From assembly GCA_947457745.1 (NCBI GenBank), contig CANGWT010000001.1, forward strand, positions 1 to 33,723: a DNA stretch of 33,723 bases. The letters run 5' to 3'. The notes beneath the pieces were generated by a model, which ran no database searches, was not told the origin of the DNA, and worked only from the letters and a program-made list of their open reading frames with translations. Made by a program: the position numbers and the translations under genes. Source of the stretch: Burkholderiaceae bacterium. Lineage in GTDB: Bacteria > Pseudomonadota > Gammaproteobacteria > Burkholderiales > Burkholderiaceae. Shown here piece by piece: positions 7,847-17,667 of this stretch. Each line of letters starts with the position of its first letter. The first letter of the stretch is position 1.

Positions 7847-8764
7847 TTATACTGTTTGCAAAATGAGTTCGCCACTTCTATTAGGTATTTCCCCCCAAGC
7901 GACTGGCTGTAAGGCTATTTTATCCAGTTGCTTAGTAGCTTCCCAGGATTGATGAAGTTCACCCATGGTCACTAGATCATGTCCTTGGTTAAGCCAGCCA
8001 GCCAGTAATTGCTCAAAAGCAGGGAGTAACTTTTGACCCTCAAGCTCTGCATGCAGAGTGAATACCTGATCGTTCGGATTGCTTTGAGTGATTTCTAGGA
8101 GTTTCTTTACAGCACCAAACTCATCGGCATCATCTATCCCAATCAACTCATCAAAAGTTGGTAGGGTGGTTGGATATTGCACGTGCTTTGCTTTGCCGGA
8201 AGGTAATTTAAAACGGTATGGCATCAAGTTAGGTTTAGCCCTGCCATCGGAAGAATATTTAATGCCCCATTGATCAAGTTGCTCAAAGGCCGCTTCATTC
8301 ATTTGCCAACCGGCTGCACCGTAAGTGACTGGTGGGTGACCAAAGATCTCCACAAAACGATCCCAGCTTTTTTTCATCTGCGCTTTAGTCCATTGGGCAT
8401 CGCGATGACGTACAGCATCTTGCCAAGCTACGTGATCCCAGGTGTGAATGCCGGTCTCATGACCAGCTGCATCTATGGCACGCATTTCAGTAGCAGCTTG
8501 TTTGCCAATATCTGGACCAGGTAGTAAGACTCCGTAGAGCAAAGTCTTGATGCCGTAGTGCTCAACAACGGAAGTGCGACTCACTTTCTTTAGAAAACCT
8601 GGTCTAAATACCCGCTTAAGCGCCCAACCAGTGTGGTCGGGGCCTAGGCTAAATAAGAAGGTGGCTTTCAGGCCAAAGCGTTCAAGCGTACGTGCTAGAT
8701 TGGGTACGCCTTCTTTGGTGCCGCGCAGAGTATCAACATCTACCTTAAGTGCAATCTTAGCCAT
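7847..8764 (-). CDS. arnD: Undecaprenyl-phosphate-Ara4FN deformylase (polysaccharide deacetylase family)
   Basis: LKVDVDTLRGT, SLGPDHTG, HTWDH and HAELEG motifs; last gene of the arn cluster. Confidence 0.88.
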   Translation of the reverse strand: MAKIALKVDVDTLRGTKEGVPNLARTLERFGLKATFLFSLGPDHTGWALKRVFRPGFLKKVSRTSVVEHYGIKTLLYGVLLPGPDIGKQAATEMRAIDAAGHETGIHTWDHVAWQDAVRHRDAQWTKAQMKKSWDRFVEIFGHPPVTYGAAGWQMNEAAFEQLDQWGIKYSSDGRAKPNLMPYRFKLPSGKAKHVQYPTTLPTFDELIGIDDADEFGAVKKLLEITQSNPNDQVFTLHAELEGQKLLPAFEQLLAGWLNQGHDLVTMGELHQSWEATKQLDKIALQPVAWGEIPNRSGELILQTV

Positions 8765-8787
8765 GAAGCCCTTAAATATACTTTTGC

Positions 8788-9834
8788 TTATTCTTTATCA
8801 ACTAAATGACGAGCGTTTTCTACGTCATGGCGATAGGCTTCAAAAATATTCTTCAGCGCATCGCTCATATTGATGGTCGGCTTCCAGCCTAATTCAGTCA
8901 TCGTGTTGTCAATTGCAGGCACGCGGTTCTGAACATCCTGATAGCCTTCACCGTAGTAAGCGCTGGAAGTAGTTTCTAAAATCTTAACTTCATTTGCTGT
9001 CTTTGCGTACTCTGGAATACTGCGAGCGATATCGAGCATCTGATTGGCGAGCTCACGAATAGAGTGATTGTTTTTTGGATTGCCGATGTTGTAGATCTTG
9101 CCGTCAGCAACACCATCTTTGTTGTCGATAATGCGCATTAAAGCATCAATACCATCGTCAACATAAGTAAAGGCGCGTTTTTGCCCGCCACCATCTACAA
9201 CGTTGATAGGCTCACCACGAACAATGTGTCCTAAAAATTGGGTTACTACACGGGAAGAGCCTTCTTTTGGCGTGTAGATGCTGTCAAGGCCAGGGCCAAT
9301 CCAGTTAAATGGGCGAAAGAGGGTGAAGCGTAAACCTTCCATGCCATATCCCCAAATTACACGATCCATCAATTGCTTAGAGCAGGCATAGATCCAGCGA
9401 GGTTTATTGATTGGACCGTAAACCATATTGGATTTAGCGGGATCAAATTCACCATCTTCGCACATGCCATAGACTTCGGATGTAGATGGGAAGACCAAAT
9501 GCTTTTTGTATTTAACTGCTGAGCGCACGATTGGTAAATTGGCTTCGAAGTCGAGCTCAAATACTTTTAATGGCTGCTGAACATAAGTTGCTGGTGTCGC
9601 AATTGCTACTAAGGGCAGGATGACATCGCATTTACGGATGTGATATTCAACCCATTCTTTATTGATGGTGATGTCACCTTCAAAAAAGTGCATACGGGGA
9701 TGGTCTACTAAATCACCAAGGCGATCATTTTGCATGTCCATGCCATAGACATGCCAATCGGTTGTCTCCAGGATGCGCTTTGAAAGGTGATGGCCAATAA
9801 AGCCATTTACGCCAAGAATGAGTACTTTTTTCAT
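8788..9834 (-). CDS. arnA: UDP-glucuronate dehydrogenase/decarboxylase (ArnA C-terminal domain as a separate protein)
   Basis: GVNGFIG Rossmann motif, LVAIATP, FPSTSEVYG, RWIY..SK and RPFNWIGP. Confidence 0.92.
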   Translation of the reverse strand: MKKVLILGVNGFIGHHLSKRILETTDWHVYGMDMQNDRLGDLVDHPRMHFFEGDITINKEWVEYHIRKCDVILPLVAIATPATYVQQPLKVFELDFEANLPIVRSAVKYKKHLVFPSTSEVYGMCEDGEFDPAKSNMVYGPINKPRWIYACSKQLMDRVIWGYGMEGLRFTLFRPFNWIGPGLDSIYTPKEGSSRVVTQFLGHIVRGEPINVVDGGGQKRAFTYVDDGIDALMRIIDNKDGVADGKIYNIGNPKNNHSIRELANQMLDIARSIPEYAKTANEVKILETTSSAYYGEGYQDVQNRVPAIDNTMTELGWKPTINMSDALKNIFEAYRHDVENARHLVDKE

Positions 9835-9879
9835 CTTTACTGCCTCGTTTTTAATCTAAATAGTGCTGCTTTTAATTCG

Positions 9880-10749
9880 TTAGTTATTTGCTGGGAACCA
9901 GTCCAGTATCTCTACCGCACTTTGGTCGCCACAAACACCGAATATCTGATTATCAACCACTTGGATGCCGGGAGAGTGAAGATCCAGTTGCCTTGGGAAC
10001 GGGCCTTCTAGGCTGGTGCGGGCCACGATCCTGCGCTGACCTTGCCAGTCTGTAAAAGCACCAGGATAAGGGGGTGCAACGGCTCTCACGAGGTTGTGAA
10101 CCTGCTGAGCGGTCTGATGCCACAAAATTTGCCCATCGGCAGGCTTACGGCCCCCAAAGTAGCTTCCCTGAGCTAGATTATTGGGTTTTCTGGGGATGTG
10201 GCCTTGAACCAGCTCTGGGAGAACCTGGTTCATTACCTTGATGGCTGCCTGGCTGACTTTACCAAAGACATCGGTGGCGGTTTCGTTGGGCCCAATCGGG
10301 ACCGCTGACTGTCCCACAATGTCACCCGCATCTGGTTTGACTTCCATCATGTGCAATGTCGCACCGGTTTCGGTTGCACCCTGCAGAATGGCCCAATTGA
10401 CTGGTGCTCTTCCACGGAACTTTGGTAGCAGTGATCCGTGCATATTCAAGGCCCCAATCTTAGCGCAGGCTAAGAGCTCTAACGGAATCATATAGCGATA
10501 GTAAAAGGAGAAAAGGTAATCAGGTGCTAGCTTTTGAAGCTGCGGTACGAGATCGATCAACTGATTTGCATCTGGTGTGATGTAAGGAATCTTTTGATCC
10601 TCACACAGTTTCGCAACGCTCCCAAACCAGACATTCTCATTAGGATCATCTTGGTGGGTTACCACCAAATCAATTTGTATGCCCGCACCCAGCAATGCCT
10701 TAAGGCAGTTAACGCCAACATCGTGATAAGCAAAGACGACTGCGTGCAA
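9880..10749 (-). CDS. arnA: UDP-Ara4N formyltransferase (ArnA N-terminal domain as a separate protein)
   Basis: AVVFAYH.VG, SFYYR, NMHGSLLPKFRGRAPVNW and PYPGAF; TTG start immediately after the arnC stop. Confidence 0.9.
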   Translation of the reverse strand: MHAVVFAYHDVGVNCLKALLGAGIQIDLVVTHQDDPNENVWFGSVAKLCEDQKIPYITPDANQLIDLVPQLQKLAPDYLFSFYYRYMIPLELLACAKIGALNMHGSLLPKFRGRAPVNWAILQGATETGATLHMMEVKPDAGDIVGQSAVPIGPNETATDVFGKVSQAAIKVMNQVLPELVQGHIPRKPNNLAQGSYFGGRKPADGQILWHQTAQQVHNLVRAVAPPYPGAFTDWQGQRRIVARTSLEGPFPRQLDLHSPGIQVVDNQIFGVCGDQSAVEILDWFPANN

Positions 10750-11721
10750 TTATTTTTTCTCTAAAACAGTTTGCACAACATAGCGCGGACGTTCACGAAC
10801 CTGCTGGTAGATACGACCAATGTACTCACCGAGTAGACCAAGGCCAAAGAGCATCACGCCAATCAGGAAGAAGGTGAGAGCGAAGAGGGTGAACACCCCT
10901 TCAACCTCAGCACCGAGCACAAAGCGGCGAACCAGAAGGTAGATAAACAGGCTGCCCGCAGCCATCGCTAGGAACATTCCCAGAATCGAGAAAATCTGCA
11001 AAGGCATGACGGAGAAGCCAGTCACTAAATCAAAGTTCAAGCGAATGAGCTGATACAGACTATATTTGGACTCACCGGCAAAACGCTCTTCATGTTTGAC
11101 GGTAATTTCAGTGGGCTTGGATGCGAAGGTATAAGCCAGTGCCGGAATGAAGGTGTTGCTCTCATCACACTGACGCACGAGATCAACAATTCGACGGCTA
11201 TAGCCGCGCAGCATACAACCTTGATCAGTCATGGTAATGCGGGTAATTTTTTCGCGCAAATGATTCATCGCGCGTGAAGCCAATTTTCTAAAGAAGCTAT
11301 CGCGACGATCAGCGCGAATAGTACCAACGTAGTCGTGACCTTTAAGTAATTCATTTACCAAGGAATCAATTTCTTCCGGGGGATTCTGCAGGTCTGCATC
11401 AAGGGTAATGATGTAAGCTCCGTAGGAATATTCAAAGCCAGCCATGATGGCCATGTGCTGACCAAAGTTGCTTTGAAATAACACTGCGCGAGTCACATCA
11501 GGGCGTAGCTCAACTTGCTTAGCTAGGATACCGGCAGATCGATCTTTGCTGCCATCATTCACAAACACCACTTCATAAGCAATGTTGCGCTTACTGGCCA
11601 TCACATCAAGCGCTGGATATAGGCGATCCATTAGAGCTTGAAGACCATCTTCCTCGTTATAAACGGGGATCACAACGCTGAGTACGGGATTGCAGGCTTG
11701 GGTAGCTAAATTTGCAGTCAT
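10750..11721 (-). CDS. arnC: Undecaprenyl-phosphate Ara4FN transferase (GT2)
   Basis: SVVIPVYNEE, NDGSKD, NFGQH.A, TLDADLQNPPEEI; two C-terminal TM helices and LGEYIGRIY. Confidence 0.92.
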   Translation of the reverse strand: MTANLATQACNPVLSVVIPVYNEEDGLQALMDRLYPALDVMASKRNIAYEVVFVNDGSKDRSAGILAKQVELRPDVTRAVLFQSNFGQHMAIMAGFEYSYGAYIITLDADLQNPPEEIDSLVNELLKGHDYVGTIRADRRDSFFRKLASRAMNHLREKITRITMTDQGCMLRGYSRRIVDLVRQCDESNTFIPALAYTFASKPTEITVKHEERFAGESKYSLYQLIRLNFDLVTGFSVMPLQIFSILGMFLAMAAGSLFIYLLVRRFVLGAEVEGVFTLFALTFFLIGVMLFGLGLLGEYIGRIYQQVRERPRYVVQTVLEKK

Positions 11722-11752
11722 ATTGCAATTTTGCCTGATTCCGCTCTCAGCA

Positions 11753-12925
11753 CTAGTTTTTACGATGTTTCTTCAGAATTCCAAGGAAAGCGCTGACTAT
11801 TCGGCCAATATCTGCATCGGCCATGCCTGGAAAAAGGGGAAGAGTCAAAATGGAGCGACCAATACGCTTTGCTACTGGAGTGGCTTCCACTTGGTACCCC
11901 AGCTTTTGGTAAAGCGTGAATCCAGTAATAGCAGGGTAGTGAACGCCAGTACCAATTCCTAGATCTTTGAGTTCAGTCATCACCTGCGCGCGATCTATAT
12001 TCAATTGCTCTAGGGGTAGCACAACTTGAAACATATGCCAGTTAGTATCGGCGAAGTTCTCCACGGGAAGCTCTAGATTAAGAGCATCTAAGCCGGCAGA
12101 CTTTATTTCATTTCGAATAGCATCAAAGTACTGTTTAGCTAAAGCACTTCTGCGCGCTTGAAACGCTGGCAGCTGTTTGAGTTGATGAAGACCAATGACA
12201 GCGTTGACATCGGTCAAATTATCTTTGCCACCCAGTACATCAACATCCATGCCATCCATGCCTTGGCGTGTGAGACCTTGTAGACGAAACTTCTCTGCGA
12301 GCTTTGCTTCCTCAACATTGTTAAGAACAAGACAGCCGCCCTCAATAGTCGATAAATTTTTATTTGCCTGAAAACTAAAGCTCACGAGATCGCCAATGCT
12401 GCCAATCTTTTGCCCCTTCCATTGCGACCCAAACGCTTGCGCCGCATCTTCAATAACACGTAACTTATATTGCTTCGCCAGGTCATAGAGTTGATCCATA
12501 TTGACTGGTAATCCAGCTAAATAGACAGGCATGATGGCCCGAGTCTTTGGCGTAATGGCTGTAGCTATCTTATTTAAATCAATGTTGCGTGTAACGGGAT
12601 CAATGTCTACAAACACAGGTGTTGCACCCACACCCAGAATCACATTGGAAGTAGCTACCCAAGAAATGGGAGTGGTGATGACTTCATCCCCAGTCCCAAT
12701 ACCAGCGACCTGCAGAGCGATTTTCATCGTGGCAGTGCCGTTGGCAAAGCAACGCACAGGGCGCCCACCGAAATAGTCACTTAATGTTGCCTCGAACTCC
12801 GCTAACTTCGGTCCTGAGGTAACCCATCCAGACCGCAAAACCTCTGCAACTGCATCAATCGTTTCTTGATTGAAGTGCGGACGAGTAAAGGGAATAAAAG
12901 GCAGGGTATTTTGGGTGACTGACAT
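11753..12925 (-). CDS. arnB: UDP-4-amino-4-deoxy-L-arabinose aminotransferase (DegT/DnrJ family)
   Basis: SGWVTSGP, IEDAAQA and FSFQANKN..EGG; position in the arn cluster. Confidence 0.88.
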   Translation of the reverse strand: MSVTQNTLPFIPFTRPHFNQETIDAVAEVLRSGWVTSGPKLAEFEATLSDYFGGRPVRCFANGTATMKIALQVAGIGTGDEVITTPISWVATSNVILGVGATPVFVDIDPVTRNIDLNKIATAITPKTRAIMPVYLAGLPVNMDQLYDLAKQYKLRVIEDAAQAFGSQWKGQKIGSIGDLVSFSFQANKNLSTIEGGCLVLNNVEEAKLAEKFRLQGLTRQGMDGMDVDVLGGKDNLTDVNAVIGLHQLKQLPAFQARRSALAKQYFDAIRNEIKSAGLDALNLELPVENFADTNWHMFQVVLPLEQLNIDRAQVMTELKDLGIGTGVHYPAITGFTLYQKLGYQVEATPVAKRIGRSILTLPLFPGMADADIGRIVSAFLGILKKHRKN

Positions 12926-12940
12926 AGTGGCCTTGTGATT

Positions 12941-14635
12941 TTATTTTGCTGAGCTGCCTTGTGATTTCGGGTGCTTAACAATAACGCGCCGAGAATCTCG
13001 ACCAACTTCTTGCATCGGGATATTTAGTTTTTGTAACTCGATATATTGTTCTGGCACCATTAATGCATAAGCCGTCTGATCTTTTTTCCAGCGCTCGATA
13101 AAAGCAGCAAAGGTAGGGATCCACAACTCAGGCTCTTGCTTAACGCCAAATTCCAGTTCATCTGGAGACTCCACCATGATCATCGTTCTGCCGAGATAGA
13201 AGGGTACTGTGTGGTCTAGGATTCGTATGGAATAAAAATTCACTTTTTCCGGGATGCCTGGTTTGACTTTCTCAACTAAATCAATGCCCGATACAGCGCG
13301 ACCTAGAGTCTCATGACCCGTTCCAGCAATGAGCGCGCAGAGAAAAAATCCATAAGCAAAACTGATAATGCTGCTCAAACCATTACGCTTACTTTGCATG
13401 ACTGTCGCGAGGCTAAATGTAATTAATGCAATCAGTGCTGCAACTATCCAATAAGTATATTGAGCATAAGATTCAATTTCATCCGGCCTTGATTGTTGAC
13501 TAACCTCACCTAAAAAGAAAAATCCAAGGCCGCCCAAGATTGCAAAGAAAAGTGCTTGTAATCTCCAGGGCAATCCCAGTGAATTACTACTACCCAAATT
13601 ACGATCTAAGCAATGCCCAACCAGCATTGCCAGTGCCGGAAAGACTGGGATGATATAGCCAGGTAATTTCGATTGAGAGATGCTAAAGAATCCCATGATT
13701 ACGGCAAACCAGCAGGTGAGCAACCAGCCACTGGAGAACTCGCGATTACGCTCTCGCCAGGCTTGAGCGAGAGCTTCAGGAGTTTGCGCAATCCATGGCG
13801 CGAAGCCTAGCAGTAGCAATGGGATGAAGTAATAGATTGGTCCCGTTCTGCTATGAGTCGTTTGCGTGAATCGTTGCAGGTGTTCATGAATAAAAAAGAA
13901 CTCCAGAAACTCGGGATTGCGTTGGGCTACCAGAACAAACCAAGGCGCAGTAATCGCTAAAAATATAATCGTGCCACTAATGATGTGTAGTCGCTTCCAG
14001 ATCTTCCAGTCCCATGCAGTAATAGAATAAACAGCAAACACCATGCCAGGGATAGCGACACCAATAACGCCTTTGGATAGCGTCGCTAGGGCCATGAAAG
14101 CCCAGCAGGCCCACATCCACTTTTTGGTGTCGCTCGAGTGGCCAGCAGTTTGCGCTAACAAAAGACTGCAGAGTGCGGCGACTAAAAATGCTGACAATCC
14201 CATATCCAGTGAGTTGATGTGCCCACCAATGACCCACATTGGACTAGATGCTAAAGCGATTGAAGCCAGCCAGCCGGCACGTACGCTATAGATGCGTGCG
14301 CCAGTAAATCCAATAAATACAATTGTTAGAAATCCAGTGAGCGCAGTCCATAAGCGCGCCTGCCAATCACCGATGCCAAAAAGATTAAAGGCGCTAGCAG
14401 TGGCCCAAATTTGTAATGGGGGTTTTTCAAAATACTTATAGCCGTTGTAGCGAGGAGTGACCCAATCCCCAGTGACAAGCATCTCGCGAGCAATCTCGGC
14501 ATAACGTCCCTCGTCAGACGGTATGAGGTGACGGTAGTTGAGGGCACCAAACCACAGCACGGCATAAATCAAAACCAGAATCAAAATCGATACTGGGTTG
14601 AGCGCGCTTGACTGCCGCATTTGGCCAAATTGCAT
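12941..14635 (-). CDS. arnT: Lipid A 4-amino-4-deoxy-L-arabinose transferase (GT83)
   Basis: DEGRYAEIAREM, YFEKPP, LSKG, FFFIHEH.QRF and SKLPGYI; multiple TM helices. Confidence 0.92.
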   Translation of the reverse strand: MQFGQMRQSSALNPVSILILVLIYAVLWFGALNYRHLIPSDEGRYAEIAREMLVTGDWVTPRYNGYKYFEKPPLQIWATASAFNLFGIGDWQARLWTALTGFLTIVFIGFTGARIYSVRAGWLASIALASSPMWVIGGHINSLDMGLSAFLVAALCSLLLAQTAGHSSDTKKWMWACWAFMALATLSKGVIGVAIPGMVFAVYSITAWDWKIWKRLHIISGTIIFLAITAPWFVLVAQRNPEFLEFFFIHEHLQRFTQTTHSRTGPIYYFIPLLLLGFAPWIAQTPEALAQAWRERNREFSSGWLLTCWFAVIMGFFSISQSKLPGYIIPVFPALAMLVGHCLDRNLGSSNSLGLPWRLQALFFAILGGLGFFFLGEVSQQSRPDEIESYAQYTYWIVAALIALITFSLATVMQSKRNGLSSIISFAYGFFLCALIAGTGHETLGRAVSGIDLVEKVKPGIPEKVNFYSIRILDHTVPFYLGRTMIMVESPDELEFGVKQEPELWIPTFAAFIERWKKDQTAYALMVPEQYIELQKLNIPMQEVGRDSRRVIVKHPKSQGSSAK

Positions 14636-15012
14636 TAGACGCTTTCCACAATCAGGGCGAGTAGAACCTGACGACCTTCACCAACAAGAATGTTGTAAGT
14701 GCGACAAGCGGCTTGAGAATCCATGATCTCAAAGCCAAGCTTGGCCTCGATGAGGGTTTTTAAAAGCTCAGGTCTTGGGAAGCGCTGGCGTTTACCGGTG
14801 CCAATGATGATTAATTCTGGCTTAAGGGAAGCCATTTGAGCGAAATCGGCTGAACTCAGCTCTTCAAAGGACTTGATATCCCACTCTAAGATTTCACCAT
14901 CCGAGCTCAGTAAAACCGCATGACTATAGGGGATCTTATTGATCTCAATGTAGCCATCGCCGTAACCGGTGATCGTATTAGCTCCGGAATGGGGGTCAGA
15001 TTGAAGCTTCAA
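14635..15012 (-). CDS. Mth938-like (DUF498/DUF598) protein
   Basis: ITGYG, PELIIIGTG and MDSQAACRTYNIL.EGR.V motifs; TTG start; stop overlaps the arnT ATG (TAATG). Confidence 0.9.
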   Translation of the reverse strand: MKLQSDPHSGANTITGYGDGYIEINKIPYSHAVLLSSDGEILEWDIKSFEELSSADFAQMASLKPELIIIGTGKRQRFPRPELLKTLIEAKLGFEIMDSQAACRTYNILVGEGRQVLLALIVESV

Positions 15013-15091
15013 GTGGACTCTCTGTCATAATTATGATGATTATAGCTAGCTGTTTTTTCCAAGATTTCAAGAACTTACCCTTTAATTTATT

Positions 15092-16351
15092 GTGAAACCG
15101 ATCCTAAAGTCCGAAAAACTCAATCACGTCTGTTATGACATTCGTGGGCCTGTGCTGGAGCTCGCTCAGCGGATGGAGGAAGAGGGCCACAAAATTATCA
15201 AATTAAACATCGGCAATGTGGGTGTTTTTGGGTTTGATCCTCCAGAAGAGATTCAGTTGGACATGATCCGTAATTTGGGGAATGCCTCAGCGTACTCTGA
15301 TTCCAAAGGTATTTTTGCGGCCCGCAAAGCCATCATGCAATATTGCCAGGAAAAGGGCATTCAGGGCGTTACTTTGGATGACATCTATACCGGTAATGGG
15401 GTTTCTGAGTTAATCGTTCTCGCAATGAATGCATTGCTCAATAATGGCGATGAAGTCTTGGTGCCAGCTCCAGATTACCCTTTGTGGACAGCTGCCGTGA
15501 GTTTGTCCGGTGGTACTCCAGTGCATTACTTGTGTGATGAGTCCAAAGAGTGGGCGCCTGACTTAGCAGATTTACGCAAAAAGATTACACCGCGTACTAA
15601 GGCAATTGTGGTGATTAACCCCAATAATCCAACAGGTGCAATCTACTCAAAAGAGGTATTGATTGAGTTAACCTCAATTGCGCGTGAACATGGTTTGATT
15701 CTGTTTGCTGATGAGATTTACGACAAGATGCTTTACGACAAAGAGAAGCACGTCTCCTTAGCCTCTTTATCTACCGATGTGGTCACGATCACTTTTAATG
15801 GTTTATCCAAAAACTATCGCTCTTGCGGTTATCGCGCAGGCTGGATGGTAGTTTCTGGAGACAAAGAGATGATTCGCGATTACATCGAGGGACTCAATAT
15901 GTTGTCCTCAATGCGCCTGTGTGCGAACGTACCGGGTCAGTACGCCATTCAGACTGCTTTAGGCGGCTATCAAAGCATTAATGATCTAGTCAATGAAGGT
16001 GGACGTTTAGCCAAGCAGCGTGATCTCGCATGGAAACTCATTACCGAAATTCCGGGTGTAACTTGCGTTAAGCCAAAGTCTGCTTTGTATTTATTTCCAA
16101 AACTCGATTCCGAGATGTACCCGATTGAAGATGATCAGCAATTTGTAGCTGATCTTCTAAAAGAAGAAAAAGTATTGCTGGTGCAAGGCTCTGGTTTTAA
16201 TTGGGTCAAGTCAGATCACTTCCGTGTAGTGTTCTTACCTCATGAAGATGTGCTGAAAGAGGCTATTGGCCGTTTGGCACGCTTCCTAGAGCGTTACCGT
16301 AACAAACATAGTCGTAAAGCGGCTAATTCAACAGCAATAAAGGCATCATGA
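15092..16351 (+). CDS. alaA: Glutamate-pyruvate aminotransferase AlaA (class I PLP)
   Basis: YDIRGPV, KLNIGN, NPNNPTG, ADEIYDK and GLSKNYR..G.R.GW; GTG start. Confidence 0.9.
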   Translation: MKPILKSEKLNHVCYDIRGPVLELAQRMEEEGHKIIKLNIGNVGVFGFDPPEEIQLDMIRNLGNASAYSDSKGIFAARKAIMQYCQEKGIQGVTLDDIYTGNGVSELIVLAMNALLNNGDEVLVPAPDYPLWTAAVSLSGGTPVHYLCDESKEWAPDLADLRKKITPRTKAIVVINPNNPTGAIYSKEVLIELTSIAREHGLILFADEIYDKMLYDKEKHVSLASLSTDVVTITFNGLSKNYRSCGYRAGWMVVSGDKEMIRDYIEGLNMLSSMRLCANVPGQYAIQTALGGYQSINDLVNEGGRLAKQRDLAWKLITEIPGVTCVKPKSALYLFPKLDSEMYPIEDDQQFVADLLKEEKVLLVQGSGFNWVKSDHFRVVFLPHEDVLKEAIGRLARFLERYRNKHSRKAANSTAIKAS

Positions 16352-17658
16352 AACCGATTCAAGTGGGTCTATTAGGTATTGGCACTGTAGGTGGTGGCGT
16401 ATTTACTGTTCTCGAGCGCAACCAAGATGAAATTACACGTCGTGCTGGTCGCGGTATTCGCATTCATACGGTTGCCGACCTCAATGTAGAACGTGCCAAA
16501 GAGTTGGTAACGGACCGTGCACTGGTGGTCAGTGATGCTCGTGCTGTGATTAATAATCCTGAGATCGATATTGTTGTTGAGTTGATTGGTGGTTACGGCA
16601 TTGCTAAGGACTTGGTCCTTCAGGCAATCGCTGCTGGCAAACATGTAGTTACAGCTAATAAGGCTTTGATCGCAGTACATGGCAATGAGATTTTCAAAGC
16701 TGCCCACGAAAAGGGTGTGATGGTCGCGTTTGAAGCGGCTGTTGCTGGCGGCATCCCAATTATCAAAGCGCTTCGTGAAGGTTTAACTGCAAATCGCATC
16801 GAGTGGATCGCTGGCATCATCAACGGCACAACCAATTTTATTCTTTCTGAGATGCGCGACAAAGGCTTGGACTTTGCGACGGTCTTGAAAGAAGCCCAGC
16901 GTTTGGGTTACGCAGAGGCAGATCCTACATTTGATATTGAAGGTGTAGATGCTGCCCATAAGGCCACCATCATGAGTGCAATTGCCTTTGGTATTCCCAT
17001 GCAATTTAAGAAAGCACACATTGAGGGTATTACTAAGTTAGATGCCATCGACATTAAATATGCTGAGCAGTTGGGTTATCGCATCAAGTTGCTTGGCATT
17101 GCGAAGAAGACAACTGCTGGTGTTGAGTTGCGCGTGCACCCAACCTTGATTCCAACAAAACGCTTGATTGCAAACGTTGAGGGTGCCATGAATGCCGTTC
17201 AGGTATTCGGTGATGCTGTTGGCACTACGCTTTACTACGGCAAGGGCGCAGGCTCAGAGCCAACCGCTTCTGCTGTGATTGCGGACTTAGTGGATATCAC
17301 TCGTTTATTAGGCGCGAGTCCAGAGAGCCGGGTTCCTTATTTGGCGTTCCAGCCAGATGCAGTGCGTGATATCACCGTATTGCCAATGGGTGAAATTACC
17401 ACGAGCTATTATTTGCGTTTGCGCGTAGCGGATCAAGCTGGTGTCTTGGCTGACATTACTAAAATTTTGGCGGCTCACAGCATCTCGATTGATGCCCTCT
17501 TGCAAAAAGAAGCTGACGAAGGCGAAAGTCAAACCGACTTAGTTGCACTAACCCATGAGACTAAAGAAAAGCACATGCTGGCAGCAATTCAGGAAATTCA
17601 GAATCTGAAAACTGTTGCCGGTGAAGTAGTGAAGATTCGTTTAGAAAATCTGTCCTAA
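16348..17658 (+). CDS. hom: Homoserine dehydrogenase with C-terminal ACT domain
   Basis: GIGTVGGG, TANK, EAAVAGGIP, NGTTN, GYAEADP and GKGAG..PTASAV; ATGA overlap with alaA. Confidence 0.97.
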   Translation: MKPIQVGLLGIGTVGGGVFTVLERNQDEITRRAGRGIRIHTVADLNVERAKELVTDRALVVSDARAVINNPEIDIVVELIGGYGIAKDLVLQAIAAGKHVVTANKALIAVHGNEIFKAAHEKGVMVAFEAAVAGGIPIIKALREGLTANRIEWIAGIINGTTNFILSEMRDKGLDFATVLKEAQRLGYAEADPTFDIEGVDAAHKATIMSAIAFGIPMQFKKAHIEGITKLDAIDIKYAEQLGYRIKLLGIAKKTTAGVELRVHPTLIPTKRLIANVEGAMNAVQVFGDAVGTTLYYGKGAGSEPTASAVIADLVDITRLLGASPESRVPYLAFQPDAVRDITVLPMGEITTSYYLRLRVADQAGVLADITKILAAHSISIDALLQKEADEGESQTDLVALTHETKEKHMLAAIQEIQNLKTVAGEVVKIRLENLS

Positions 17659-17667
17659 TACAAATAC

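Noticed and set aside
8788-10749. Split arnA as a possible frameshifted pseudogene
   Set aside because: Both halves are complete ORFs separated by a spacer; split arnA is known in Burkholderiaceae
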